Origin: a virus | Taxonomy: Duplodnaviria; Caudoviricetes | Strand: one strand, 5' to 3' | IMG/VR virus record: IMGVR_UViG_3300033121_002193 | Location: 32,001-96,000 of that record | DNA: 64,000 nucleotides | Shown here: positions 38,902 through 48,243 of the stretch, piece by piece | Layout of the letters: every line of letters starts with the position of its first letter | How positions within the stretch are numbered: the stretch's first letter is position 1 | Position numbers and translations under genes: made by a program | Notes under the pieces: generated by a model | What the model was told of the DNA's origin: nothing | Seen by the model: the letters and a program-made list of their open reading frames with translations, nothing else | Databases searched by the model: none

Positions 38902-39000
38902 ATTTACGAGATTTATCACCAAATAAGCTCTAAACATTTGCACCGTTATTGTGATGAATTTGCGTTTAGGTATAATACCAAAAATTTAAACAATACGTGT
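38902..39000 (+). pseudogene. Fragment of the 17705 IS1595 transposase 3' region
   Basis: Near-identical to about 18458-18555 (TAAACATTTGCACCGTTATTGTGATGAATTTGCGTTTAGGTA). Confidence 0.8.
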
Positions 39001-39104
39001 AACTATTTCTATTTTTAGAAGCAAGAACTAGAAAACCTTTCAATAATAATTGGATTTAATTTTCAAGTAATCATATAAAGCGTTTAATTTCATAACAAAT
39101 TTTT

Positions 39105-39131
39105 CGGTATTGTATAACAGCTGCACCTAAA
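39105..39131 (+). mobile_element. Orphan IS1595-type terminal repeat
   Basis: CGGTATTGTATAACAGCTGCACCTAAA, a variant of the 34679/38508 TIR; inverted match at 53077-53100. Confidence 0.65.
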
Positions 39132-39290
39132 GTTTAAGCTGGTTTTTGCTTATCGCCAATCTTTATCATCCCATAACACATAAGTTATTATTTTTAATAA
39201 TATTAGAAATTCAGTAAAACGCTACCTATAAAAATTTTAAGTTAATGTTAGTTGTCATTTTGCTCACTAAATTATATGTTAAACAATATT

Positions 39291-39794
39291 ATGGCAGATA
39301 ATATAACAAACACCCTTAATCCAGAAACGGAAGCTCAAAAACTTTTAGAAGAATATTGGCCTGAAGGGGAATTCCCTATCAATCCTGCTGATATTGCTAA
39401 TAAGATGGGAATAAGAGTGTTAATTACTACTTTTGATGACTCAAAAATTTCTGGCGCGGTTATGAAAGAAGAAGATGGCCAACCTGAAATTTTAGTAAAC
39501 AAAAAAGATCCTCCAACAATAATAAGATTTAGCATTGCCCATGAATTAGGGCATATTATTCATAACGAACAAAATAAACAATTTGTTTACCTAGATTATA
39601 GAAATCAATTGGCTAGTAATGGTACGGATCCACATGAAATATTTGCCAATCAATTTGCTTCTTGTTTGCTCATGCCTAAAAAAGATGTTGGAGCCGCTTT
39701 TAATTTCCTAAAATTATCTGAGCTTGCACAACATTTTGATGTTTCTGAACAAGCTATAAAATTTAGACTTTTAAATTTAAATATCATGAACTAG
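39291..39794 (+). CDS. ImmA/IrrE-family Zn metallopeptidase
   Basis: FPINPADIA..RFSIAHELGH..EIFANQFASCLLMP..FDVS..AIKFRL. Confidence 0.9.
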   Translation: MADNITNTLNPETEAQKLLEEYWPEGEFPINPADIANKMGIRVLITTFDDSKISGAVMKEEDGQPEILVNKKDPPTIIRFSIAHELGHIIHNEQNKQFVYLDYRNQLASNGTDPHEIFANQFASCLLMPKKDVGAAFNFLKLSELAQHFDVSEQAIKFRLLNLNIMN

Positions 39795-39843
39795 AAGTGT
39801 TCGCTCAGCTTATGATATCAAAAATCACTAACCAAATTCCCTC

Positions 39844-39967
39844 AAACGAACACTTTTCCCCTATAGAAATAATTGCTTTTATCAGTCTTTTTATACAAAT
39901 TTTAACTAAGTACTTGATTTTATTCACTTTGTATAAAAACGAACACTTTTCCCCTATAGAAATAATT
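39844..39967 (+). repeat. 31-bp direct repeat, two copies
   Basis: AAACGAACACTTTTCCCCTATAGAAATAATT at 39844 and 39937. Confidence 0.85.
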
Positions 39968-39969
39968 AA

Positions 39970-40900
39970 AACTAACAAATTCTACAAATAAACTCTCAAT
40001 AATAACCAATTTCACAAAATAAAACTACACAAACAACACAATTCATAAACAACCATGCTGCGCTATTCATACAACTTTTACATTAAGTACATTAAACATT
40101 CACAAACAACATAAATCAACAGCTTACTATCAACAATATACAATTGCTGTAATTAGCATTTCAATGTAATAAATCTATATATGATTTAAAGTGCGTATAA
40201 GGCGATTACAGACAAGTTGTTAATATGCCATAGTGGGATATGTAAAATTAAAATAGAGCGCTAGAAATATATGTTTTGTATATGTGATGATTAGATATAG
40301 GCAGGGGCAGGGGCCCCGCATTTCCCGCAAAAAAACCCCCTGGGTAGGTTACCCCCTATGCTGGCGCGACGTTTAAAGCTTTAATTTTTTGGCGTTACGG
40401 TGGGCAAGCCGGTTGTAACGAACGCTAATAGGGCTAGAATCAACGAACGCAGCGTTACCAATCATACTATACGCATTATCTATACAAACACATATAAAAC
40501 GATTGTGACGCTTTTATATTAGTGACGCTTTTAATTTATCTATTAAGCAACTGGTATAATTGCAACATTATTATTCTTGCAATAGCAATATTCGGTATAC
40601 GTAGCAAACGTAAGAATAAGCGCAACACATTGCACACAATAACATTATCTCATTTGCTTATCTTGTATTACTATGTATAATCGCTTTCATGGCTATATTG
40701 GGCAAATGTGTACGTTTAACAATATTTACTATTGATAGGTTTTATTTCAAATTATTATTATTTATATGTCTTCTATTAAAAATAAGGTGTGCACGAATGT
40801 TTTTTCAATAGGGGATTTTCTTTTTTGGATATTTAAGACAGATGAAGAAAGATGGGAAAATTATGATGAGAAAAATTGATTTTTTGAATAAATTTTTGTA
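39970..40900. other. Long non-coding region with a GC-rich patch (possible origin or genome terminus)
   Basis: No ORF of 60 aa or more; A/C-skewed stretch, then GGCAGGGGCAGGGGCCCCGC..CCCCCTGGG near 40300-40370. Confidence 0.35.
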
Positions 40901-40909
40901 GAATAAATT

Positions 40910-41107
40910 ATGCCTTATTCTTGTAAACGAAAAATATTAATATTGTTATTAGAGCAAATTGAAATTTATTCTGAATATTTGAAAGAACAATTAAAAAATT
41001 CTGAAGAATATGAACAACCAATTGAAATTTGTCAGCAATTGTTTTCTGAAATGAATAATTGTTTTAAAGATTTTAATCTTTTAATTAAATCAGATGAATT
41101 AAAATAA
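40910..41107 (+). CDS. Hypothetical protein
   Basis: 65 aa helical ORF. Confidence 0.4.
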   Translation: MPYSCKRKILILLLEQIEIYSEYLKEQLKNSEEYEQPIEICQQLFSEMNNCFKDFNLLIKSDELK

Positions 41108-41258
41108 AAAAATGATAATATGTATAAGTTAAGGTGATGTTGGATTTTGGGGCGAAAACGAAACATTACATTTAAGGAGATGCAAGATTGAATGGGTTGG
41201 GAAAGAAGGTATATTTCTATCCGGTTTTAAATATATTTCAGAAAAAAAATATAATTAT

Positions 41259-41537
41259 GTGGAATGGTATTTGAAATATTTGTATAGCACTAACTTAACT
41301 CAACAAAATACATTAACACAAGTTGAAACATGCGATGATGAAGAAAAGACAATTGTACTAGAACGTTATTATATAGATGAAAATGGTTTAAAACAAGGTT
41401 TGTTTGAACGGTTTTATAAAGACGGTCAAGTAAAAGAAAAATGCACCTACAAAAATGATCAGTTAATAACCAAAAGTGAAATTTTAATACAAGCACTAAT
41501 TTTATTTTTCTTAAAAATAATTCATTCACTTACTTGA
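41259..41537 (+). CDS. Short MORN-variant protein (start uncertain, possibly degenerate)
   Basis: LTQQNTLTQVET..LERYYIDENGLKQGLFERFYKDG. Confidence 0.6.
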   Translation: MEWYLKYLYSTNLTQQNTLTQVETCDDEEKTIVLERYYIDENGLKQGLFERFYKDGQVKEKCTYKNDQLITKSEILIQALILFFLKIIHSLT

Positions 41538-41631
41538 CACAAAAATTATTCGTGGTATTATTTGAATATAAGTTGATGGATGAATGATTCAAACATTAAC
41601 GAACAACGCTGAAAAAAAAAGAGAGATAAAA
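41516..41631 (+). promoter_or_regulatory. Early promoter-leader cassette, copy 1
   Basis: TTGACA(41534)-17 nt-TATTAT plus leader GTTGATGGATGAATGATTCAAACATTAACGAACAACGCTGAn-GAGAG. Confidence 0.85.
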
Positions 41632-41883
41632 ATGAATACTAATAAAGACAAAATTGAATTAATAAATGAACAAATTATATTAGCAAAACAAATTATGATT
41701 AAAAATAATCTTGAAAAAGATTGGGAAGCTGTTGTGACTTCTTTTAAATTGAATAAAAAATCTAAAGAATTATTTGGGTTTAATTTTTGTAAAATTAATA
41801 CATACCAATTACATGAAACAATAAAAGATTCTTATTTTTATGCCGCAGAGCGAAAAGTTGAAGCTATCGTTAAAAATATATAG
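41632..41883 (+). CDS. Hypothetical early protein
   Basis: ATG directly after the cassette RBS; 83 aa. Confidence 0.65.
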   Translation: MNTNKDKIELINEQIILAKQIMIKNNLEKDWEAVVTSFKLNKKSKELFGFNFCKINTYQLHETIKDSYFYAAERKVEAIVKNI

Positions 41884-41968
41884 TTTAAATAGAGCAAGTG
41901 CTTTATACACACAAGGTCAATTACTCAAATATTAATAACCACCTCAAAACAAAAAGGAAAGATACAAA

Positions 41969-43042
41969 ATGTCAAATAATAACACACACTTAACTCAACA
42001 AAATACATTAACACAAATTGAAACATTTTACGATGAAGCAAAGACAAAAATACAAGAACGATATTATTTAGATGAAAATGGTTTAAAGCAAGGTATGTAC
42101 GAATCATTTTACGAAAACGGGGTACTAAAAGTTAAATGCTTTTATAAAAATGGCAAATTAGATGGCCCATACGAGGAATTCTGCTACAACAGTCAACCAG
42201 CAACTAAATGTACCTACAAAGACGATAAACGAGATGGTTTATACAAGTCGTTTTACGAAAACGGGGTACTAAAAGTTAAATGCTTTTATAAAAATGGCAA
42301 ATTAGATGGTTTATATGAAGAGTTTTACGAAAATGGAAAGCTAAGAGAAAGATGTAATTATAAAAATGATAAACTAAATGGTTTATATGAAGAGTTTTAT
42401 GAAAATGGTCAATTAGAAATAAGATACACTTGCAAAGATGGTATATACGATGGTTTATATGAAGAGTTTTACGAAAATGGCAAGCTAAGAGAAAGATGTA
42501 ATTATAAAAATGGTTTAAGACAAGGTATGTACGAATCATTTTACGAAAATAGTCAGCTAGAAAAGAAAGGCACCTACAAAAATGGCAAATTAGATGGTTT
42601 ATATGAATGGTTTTACGAAAATGGCAAGCTAAAAGAAAGATGCACCTATAAAAATGATAAACTAAATGGTTTATTTGAAGAGTTTTATGAAAATGGTCAG
42701 TTAAGTGAAAGATGTAATTATAAAAATGATAAACTAAATGGTTTATTTGAAGAGTTTTATGAAAATGGCAAGCTAAGAGAAAGATACACCTATAAAAATG
42801 ATAAACTAAATGGTTTATTTGAAGAGTTTTACGAAAATGGCAAGCTAAGAGAAAAATACACCTACAAAGATGATAAAAAAAAGGGTTTATATGAATCATT
42901 TCACATAAATGGGCAATTAAAAGCAAAATTTACCTATAAAGATGGGAAATTAGAAGGGGCGATCGAACAGTTTCTTGAAGATGGTAAAAAAATAGCAGAA
43001 TATGCATACAAAGATGGCGACATACATATAAAAATAGAATAG
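41969..43042 (+). CDS. MORN-variant (YwqK-like) repeat protein, about 14 repeats of 22 aa
   Basis: Tandem GLYEEFYENGKLRERCNYKNDKLN repeats. Confidence 0.9.
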   Translation: MSNNNTHLTQQNTLTQIETFYDEAKTKIQERYYLDENGLKQGMYESFYENGVLKVKCFYKNGKLDGPYEEFCYNSQPATKCTYKDDKRDGLYKSFYENGVLKVKCFYKNGKLDGLYEEFYENGKLRERCNYKNDKLNGLYEEFYENGQLEIRYTCKDGIYDGLYEEFYENGKLRERCNYKNGLRQGMYESFYENSQLEKKGTYKNGKLDGLYEWFYENGKLKERCTYKNDKLNGLFEEFYENGQLSERCNYKNDKLNGLFEEFYENGKLRERYTYKNDKLNGLFEEFYENGKLREKYTYKDDKKKGLYESFHINGQLKAKFTYKDGKLEGAIEQFLEDGKKIAEYAYKDGDIHIKIE

Positions 43043-43083
43043 AAATACCATAATTTTAAACACTAATTTCACTTTTTTTTGAA

Positions 43084-43197
43084 AATACTTCATTCGCTTA
43101 CTTGACACAAAAATCATTTGTGATATTATTTGAATATAAGTTGATGGATGAATGATTCAAACATTAACGAACAACGCTGAAAAAAAGAGAGATTAAA
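43084..43197 (+). promoter_or_regulatory. Early promoter-leader cassette, copy 2
   Basis: TTGACA at 43102, TATTAT, same leader core. Confidence 0.85.
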
Positions 43198-43644
43198 ATG
43201 ACAAATTTAAATACATACACAATCAAAAACACAAACAATCAAGTTATTTTTTCTGGTCAATTCAATTCATTCAAAGAATGTATAGAAACTGCCGTAGAAA
43301 GAAAAATTAATCTAGAAAGTGCTTATTTAGAAAGTGCTTATTTAGAAGGTGCTAATCTAGAAGGTGCCAATTTAGAAGGTGCTAATTTAAGTTATGCTAA
43401 TTTATACAAATGCAATTTAGAAAGTGCTAATTTAAAAGGTGCTAATTTAGAAAATTCTAATTTAGAACATGCTAATTTAGAAAATGCTGATTTATACAAA
43501 TGCAATTTAGAAAGCGCTAATTTACAAGATGCTGTTTTAGAAAATGCTTATTTACAAAATGCTAATTTAGAAGGTGCTGAGTTATACAAATGCAATTTAG
43601 AACATGCTAATTTAGAACATGCTAATTTAATGTTGCCAATTTAA
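43198..43644 (+). CDS. Pentapeptide repeat protein
   Basis: ANLEG/ANLES repeats; last few codons appear frameshifted. Confidence 0.9.
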   Translation: MTNLNTYTIKNTNNQVIFSGQFNSFKECIETAVERKINLESAYLESAYLEGANLEGANLEGANLSYANLYKCNLESANLKGANLENSNLEHANLENADLYKCNLESANLQDAVLENAYLQNANLEGAELYKCNLEHANLEHANLMLPI

Positions 43645-43712
43645 AAGGTGCAAAGCTAGCAAATGTAAAATTTTAATACAAAAAACAACTAACTAGAGAC
43701 AATTAGAATGAG

Positions 43713-43970
43713 ATGATTAAAATGACAAACACGAACAATAACACAAACTTAACCAAAATTGAAAAATGTGTTGATTATGCAAAAACAACTGTTAAATTTA
43801 AATACTATATAGATAAAAATGGCTTAAAACAAGGCTTATATGAATTGTTTTGCGAAGATGGTCAGCTAGACGAACGATGTACTTATAAAAATGACGATTT
43901 ACACGGCATATTAGAATTGTTTGACAATCAAGGAAAATTTGAATTTAGCTGTAACTACTATACCAAATAA
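43713..43970 (+). CDS. Short MORN-variant protein
   Basis: NLTKIEK..YYIDKNGLKQGLYELFCEDG. Confidence 0.75.
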   Translation: MIKMTNTNNNTNLTKIEKCVDYAKTTVKFKYYIDKNGLKQGLYELFCEDGQLDERCTYKNDDLHGILELFDNQGKFEFSCNYYTK

Positions 43971-43981
43971 ACCATAAACAA

Positions 43982-44476
43982 ATGAAAACTACAATATTAA
44001 CATTTCTAATATTAATAAGCGTAATAAATATTTTACATGCACAAACTTCAATTAATGCTTTTATTTTGAATTGTAACGATGGGGACACTTGTAAAATGAA
44101 AGTCAATAATCAAATTATCAAAATTAGATTAGTTGGCATTGATGCCCCAGAGTTAAAACACGGGAAAAAAACAGCACAACCTTATGCGCAAAAAAGCAAA
44201 AACGAATTGAACAACTTAATTAAAGATAAAAATGTATTGGTTAAATTATACAAAAAAGATATATATAAAAGATATTTAGGCGAAATATTTTATAAAAATA
44301 TTAACGTAAATCTAAAAATGCTAGAAATAGGCGCTGCCGAAGTTTACAGGGGTAAAAACGAAAAATCAATTGATTTAAATACATATATCGAAAAAGAAAA
44401 CGTAGCCAAGCAAAATCATATTGGCATATGGAATAACAAAAACTATGAAAGCCCCTTTATTTTTAGAAAAAAATAA
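43982..44476 (+). CDS. Thermonuclease (SNase-like) with signal peptide
   Basis: DGDT, IRLVGIDAPE, DIYKRYLG, GIW. Confidence 0.92.
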   Translation: MKTTILTFLILISVINILHAQTSINAFILNCNDGDTCKMKVNNQIIKIRLVGIDAPELKHGKKTAQPYAQKSKNELNNLIKDKNVLVKLYKKDIYKRYLGEIFYKNINVNLKMLEIGAAEVYRGKNEKSIDLNTYIEKENVAKQNHIGIWNNKNYESPFIFRKK

Positions 44477-44478
44477 AA

Positions 44479-44596
44479 AAATCTTCATTCACTTGCTTGA
44501 CATAAAAATCATTTGTGGTATTATTTAAATATAAGTTGATGGATGAATGATTCAAACATTAACGAACAACGCTGAAAAAAAAGAGAAATATTACAC
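44479..44596 (+). promoter_or_regulatory. Early promoter-leader cassette, copy 3
   Basis: TTGACA at 44497, TATTAT, same leader core. Confidence 0.85.
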
Positions 44597-45076
44597 ATGA
44601 AAACATACGAAATCTTAAACACAAACAATGAAGTTATTTTTTCTGGTCAATTTAATTCATTTAAAGAATGTGTTGCAGCCGCTACCCAAAATGGTATTGA
44701 TTCACCTGGCAAATATTACAAAACTTTTTATGACAATGGCCAATTAAAATCAAAATTTATCTACTTAGATAATACTGTAGATGGTTTATATGAATCTTTT
44801 TATAACAATGGTCAGTTAAGTTTAAAATGCACATACAAAGATGGTAGACTAGACGGATTATATGAAAGTTTTTGGGAAAATGGTAACATTGAAATAAAAT
44901 GTACATACAAAAACGGCAAAAAAAATGGTTTTTATGAAAGATTTCACGAAAATGGACAATTAGCAATAAGATGCACATTTGTAGATAACAGAAAAGAAGG
45001 GATGTGTGAAGCGTTTCATGAAGATGGAAAAGTAAGTATAAAAGGATCATACAAAAATAACATATATATATTTTAA
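44597..45076 (+). CDS. Chimeric protein: pentapeptide-type N-terminal cap + MORN-variant repeats
   Basis: MKTYEILNTNNEVIFSGQFNSFKECV followed by FYDNG/FYNNG/FWENG repeats. Confidence 0.85.
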   Translation: MKTYEILNTNNEVIFSGQFNSFKECVAAATQNGIDSPGKYYKTFYDNGQLKSKFIYLDNTVDGLYESFYNNGQLSLKCTYKDGRLDGLYESFWENGNIEIKCTYKNGKKNGFYERFHENGQLAIRCTFVDNRKEGMCEAFHEDGKVSIKGSYKNNIYIF

Positions 45077-45130
45077 TATAAAAATCAAACCAACATAAAC
45101 TAGAGATAATTTAAAACGGGAGATACTAAT

Positions 45131-45352
45131 ATGACAAATTTAACAGTAACACAAAGATTAACTTTAGAAATAACTTCACTTGTAAAAACATTTGATAATT
45201 ACACAGTAGAAACCGAACAAGATTTAATTAAAAAAGAAGTTTGTAGAAGGATCGCTGTTTCATCTGCTAAAATTGCACACTATGCAAACAACGGCAAAAT
45301 TGCACATGCAGAGATTGAAGAATTAAAAAATATAGCGGATGTTTTTTCTTAA
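45131..45352 (+). CDS. Hypothetical protein
   Basis: 73 aa, GGGAG RBS. Confidence 0.6.
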   Translation: MTNLTVTQRLTLEITSLVKTFDNYTVETEQDLIKKEVCRRIAVSSAKIAHYANNGKIAHAEIEELKNIADVFS

Positions 45353-45353
45353 A

Positions 45354-45469
45354 AATAATTCATTCACTTACTTGACATAAAAATCATTTGTGGTATTATT
45401 TAAATATAAGTTGATGGATGAATGATTCAAACATTAACGAACAACGCTGAAAAAAAGAGAGAGATAAAA
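45354..45469 (+). promoter_or_regulatory. Early promoter-leader cassette, copy 4
   Basis: TTGACA at 45372, TATTAT, same leader core. Confidence 0.85.
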
Positions 45470-45910
45470 ATGAAAACATACGAAATCTTAAACACAAACA
45501 ATCAAGTTATTTTTTCTGGTCAATTCAATTCATTCAAAGAATGTGTTGAAACTGCTGTAGAAAGAAAAATTTCTTTAAAAAATGCTAATTTAGAAGGTGC
45601 TAATTTAAGATATGCTAATTTACAAGATACCAATTTAGAAAATGCTAATTTAAGATATGCTAATTTAAGATATGCTAATTTAGAACGTGCTAATTTACAA
45701 GATGCCAATTTAGAAGGTGCTAATTTAGCACGTGCCAATTTAGAAAATGCTAATTTAGAACGTGCTAATTTAAGATATGCTAATTTAGAACGTGCTAATT
45801 TAGAACGTGCTAATTTAGAACGTGCTAATTTAAGATATGCTAATTTAGAACGTGCTAATTTAGAACGTGCTAATTTAGAACGTGCTAATTTATTAAATAT
45901 AAATTTTTAA
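45470..45910 (+). CDS. Pentapeptide repeat protein
   Basis: ANLER/ANLRY repeats; ATG at 45470 after the RBS. Confidence 0.9.
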   Translation: MKTYEILNTNNQVIFSGQFNSFKECVETAVERKISLKNANLEGANLRYANLQDTNLENANLRYANLRYANLERANLQDANLEGANLARANLENANLERANLRYANLERANLERANLERANLRYANLERANLERANLERANLLNINF

Positions 45911-45939
45911 TAAAAAAACTAATTTCACTTTTTTTTGAA

Positions 45940-46054
45940 AATAATTCATTCACTTACTTGACACAAAAATCATTTGTGATATTATTTAAATATAAGTTGA
46001 TGGATGAATGATTCAAACATTAACGAACAACGCTGAAAAAAAGAAAGATAAAAA
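45940..46054 (+). promoter_or_regulatory. Early promoter-leader cassette, copy 5
   Basis: TTGACA at 45958, TATTAT, same leader core. Confidence 0.85.
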
Positions 46055-46439
46055 ATGACAAATACAAACAATAGTACAAACTTAAAATTAATTGAAACAT
46101 TTTACGACAAAGCAAAGACAATTATAAAAGAACGATATTACATAGATGAAAATGGCTTTAGACAAGGTATGTACGAAGAGTTTTACGAAAATGGAAAACT
46201 TAAAACTAAATGCACATTTAAAGATGATAAAATGGAATCTCTATCTGATCATTTTTATAAAAATGATCAGATAGAGATTCATGCTCTATTCGAATTATTT
46301 AAAGAGTATAGCAGATATTGTAAAAAGATGCACCTATAAAGATGATAAATTAGATGGTTTGTATGAATCGTTTTGCGAAGATGGTCGGTCTTATATGAAA
46401 TTCACTTATGAAAATGGTCAGTTAATAACAAAAATTTAA
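46055..46439 (+). pseudogene. MORN-variant gene with a frameshift near 46325
   Basis: First frame ends at 46339; RCTYKDDKLDGLYESFCEDG..KI* continues in another frame. Confidence 0.7.
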
Positions 46440-46564
46440 ATATGGTATTTTAAAATAAATGTGGCACATGTGACTTTTTTTTTAACGTAAGAATTTAACC
46501 AAGTTTAAATCGTAATAGCTTGTATTATTAGCAACGGCCAGTCAGCAAAGAGGGTTTAAATGTC

Positions 46565-46735
46565 ATGTACCTATTAGACGAACAATACACACAGACGCCG
46601 TTTTATGGTGTCTTGCGAATGACTACTTATTTAAGGCGGCTTGGGTACGCGATTAACGAAAAGCACGTACAGCGCTTGCTTAGAGAAATGGGATTGTTTT
46701 CTATTTACACAAAGACTAATTTAAGTAAGCAAAAT
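46565..46735 (+). pseudogene. IS3-family transposase OrfB N-terminal fragment
   Basis: LDEQYTQTPFYGVLRMTTYLRRLGYAINEKHVQRLLREMGL..NLSK. Confidence 0.75.
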
Positions 46736-47221
46736 CAAATTAAAATGTCTTTTTCAAGACACAAACATTCTTATTATTGCACATATCCGCAACTATACCT
46801 GCTACATTTGTCTAGCATTAAATGTACATGGCCAGATATTGTAAAAACACTATGCTTCAAAAATCATTTTAAAAGCCATTTTACGCATTTTGTTTTGCAC
46901 ATCTATAGCTTGGCATTGCTTATGATGTTTTCATCTATTAAACTGGCAATAAAGCGCTTTATTTTATGTATATTTGCTGTTGTTTGTGTAAGATGTGATA
47001 AAATTTTATACAATATATATAAAAATACCATAAAACAAAAGATGACGCACAGAGAGATACCACAACAACAAAGTAAATAAAAAAATATAATAGTGTTTTT
47101 TACACAATATTACAATGGTGTTTTGTGTGTACAATTATCTTTTGCAAGAAACGAATATGTGGAACAAAAAAAGTCTTAATCTAAATTATTGATATTACTT
47201 TCTTATAAAAGATAATAAACT

Positions 47222-47437
47222 ATGAATATAAAAAAATATAATTCTATTTTTAAAAAAAACAAAAATACAAAGATAAATAAACTTTCTAAAAATAAAAAAC
47301 ACAAACCTAAAAATCAAGCGGCAGTTACTTTGGGAAAATTAGGCGGAAAAGTTGGCGGTCCAGCAAGAGATAAGTCGTTGCCAAAAGCGAGAAAAATAGA
47401 AATTGCAAAACTTGGCGCCAAGCATAGATGGAAATAG
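47222..47437 (+). CDS. Small basic KGG-motif protein, homolog of 32987-33211
   Basis: AAVTLGKLGGKVGGPARDKSLPKARKIEIAKLGAKHRW; CTTAATCT at 47175 upstream. Confidence 0.7.
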   Translation: MNIKKYNSIFKKNKNTKINKLSKNKKHKPKNQAAVTLGKLGGKVGGPARDKSLPKARKIEIAKLGAKHRWK

Positions 47438-47465
47438 ATAAAATATTTTGTAAAACAAAAAAAAT

Positions 47466-47481
47466 GCTTGAGCGCTCAAGC
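47466..47481. promoter_or_regulatory. Perfect 16-bp palindrome
   Basis: GCTTGAGCGCTCAAGC; resembles the 29403 palindrome. Confidence 0.55.
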
Positions 47482-47684
47482 TAAGTGTATATTTTTTTGA
47501 ATTCATTTTAATCATAAGCACAAACGTATTATTTATATGACTTGTATAAAGCATGTTCTTTGTCAAATATTTTTAACACGATAGAAAAAAAATAAAAATC
47601 AAGAGGCATCAAAAAAAAACAAAACATTAATAAATCAACTTGACTTATTTGTTTCATTCGATATGATTTTTTTGATATTAATAT

Positions 47685-47757
47685 TCCGACTTAGCTCAGC
47701 TGGTAGAGCAGGTGACTGTTAATCATCGGGTCGCAGGTTCGATTCCTGCAGTCGGAG
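47685..47757 (+). tRNA. tRNA-Asn (GTT), CCA not encoded
   Basis: Acceptor stem TCCGACT/AGTCGGA; D-arm AGCTCAGCTGGTAGAGC; anticodon loop CTGTTAA; T-loop GTTCGATTC. Confidence 0.95.
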
Positions 47758-47797
47758 TTTTTTGTTGTAATTGAGATATTTATAATGGAGAAAAAAA

Positions 47798-48184
47798 ATG
47801 GAACAAATTGATGATACCGAAATAAAATCAACAATAAAATTAAAAAAAGAAACACTTGAAATAGAATTAAAAGATTTATGTAAAAAAATAGATGCAATAC
47901 AAAAAGAATTAAACAAATATAATTCTCTTTTAAAAATATTAAATCAACAAGAACCAATTCAAGATTCAAGACAAGCGAAGCAAGTGAGAATAAAAATATT
48001 ATTAGATAATTTAAAAACAAACGAAACCATTACACGAAAAAAAATAGAGTCAATTTTATCAAACAATCAGTTATCTGTAAATTCATATGTATTAACCAAT
48101 TACATTCATCATTTAAAAAAGCACAATTTTTTTACGCAAACCAGCAGAGGACTATTTAAATACACAGGAAAAACAATTGAATAA
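47798..48184 (+). CDS. Hypothetical coiled-coil / possible winged-helix protein
   Basis: 128 aa, GGAG RBS; ends TSRGLFKY. Confidence 0.6.
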   Translation: MEQIDDTEIKSTIKLKKETLEIELKDLCKKIDAIQKELNKYNSLLKILNQQEPIQDSRQAKQVRIKILLDNLKTNETITRKKIESILSNNQLSVNSYVLTNYIHHLKKHNFFTQTSRGLFKYTGKTIE

Positions 48185-48243
48185 TTAACCGAATAATATT
48201 TAAATAAACTTAATCATATAGTTGTTAATAAAAAGGCGCATAT

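Noticed and set aside
39797-39991. 64-aa ORF
   Set aside because: GTG start with no RBS; made from the 31-bp DNA repeat
41584-41631. MIQTLTNNAEKKREIK N-terminal extension (also at 45422)
   Set aside because: It is the translated cassette leader; in frame in only 2 of 5 copies, and the RBS points to the downstream ATG
41516-46054. CRISPR array or integron attC sites
   Set aside because: Repeats are ~115 bp with promoter consensus and gene-sized spacers; no cas or intI in the window; the GTT..AAC order is the reverse of attC
41259-46439. Diversity-generating retroelement acting on the repeat genes
   Set aside because: No reverse transcriptase in the window and no adenine-specific TR/VR pair noticed
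46736-47080. C-terminal part of the 171-aa ORF at 46565
   Set aside because: Transposase similarity stops near residue 57; the rest looks like read-through into non-coding DNA
47691-48020. Minus-strand ORFs 47691 and 47719
   Set aside because: Antisense to the tRNA and to gene 47798
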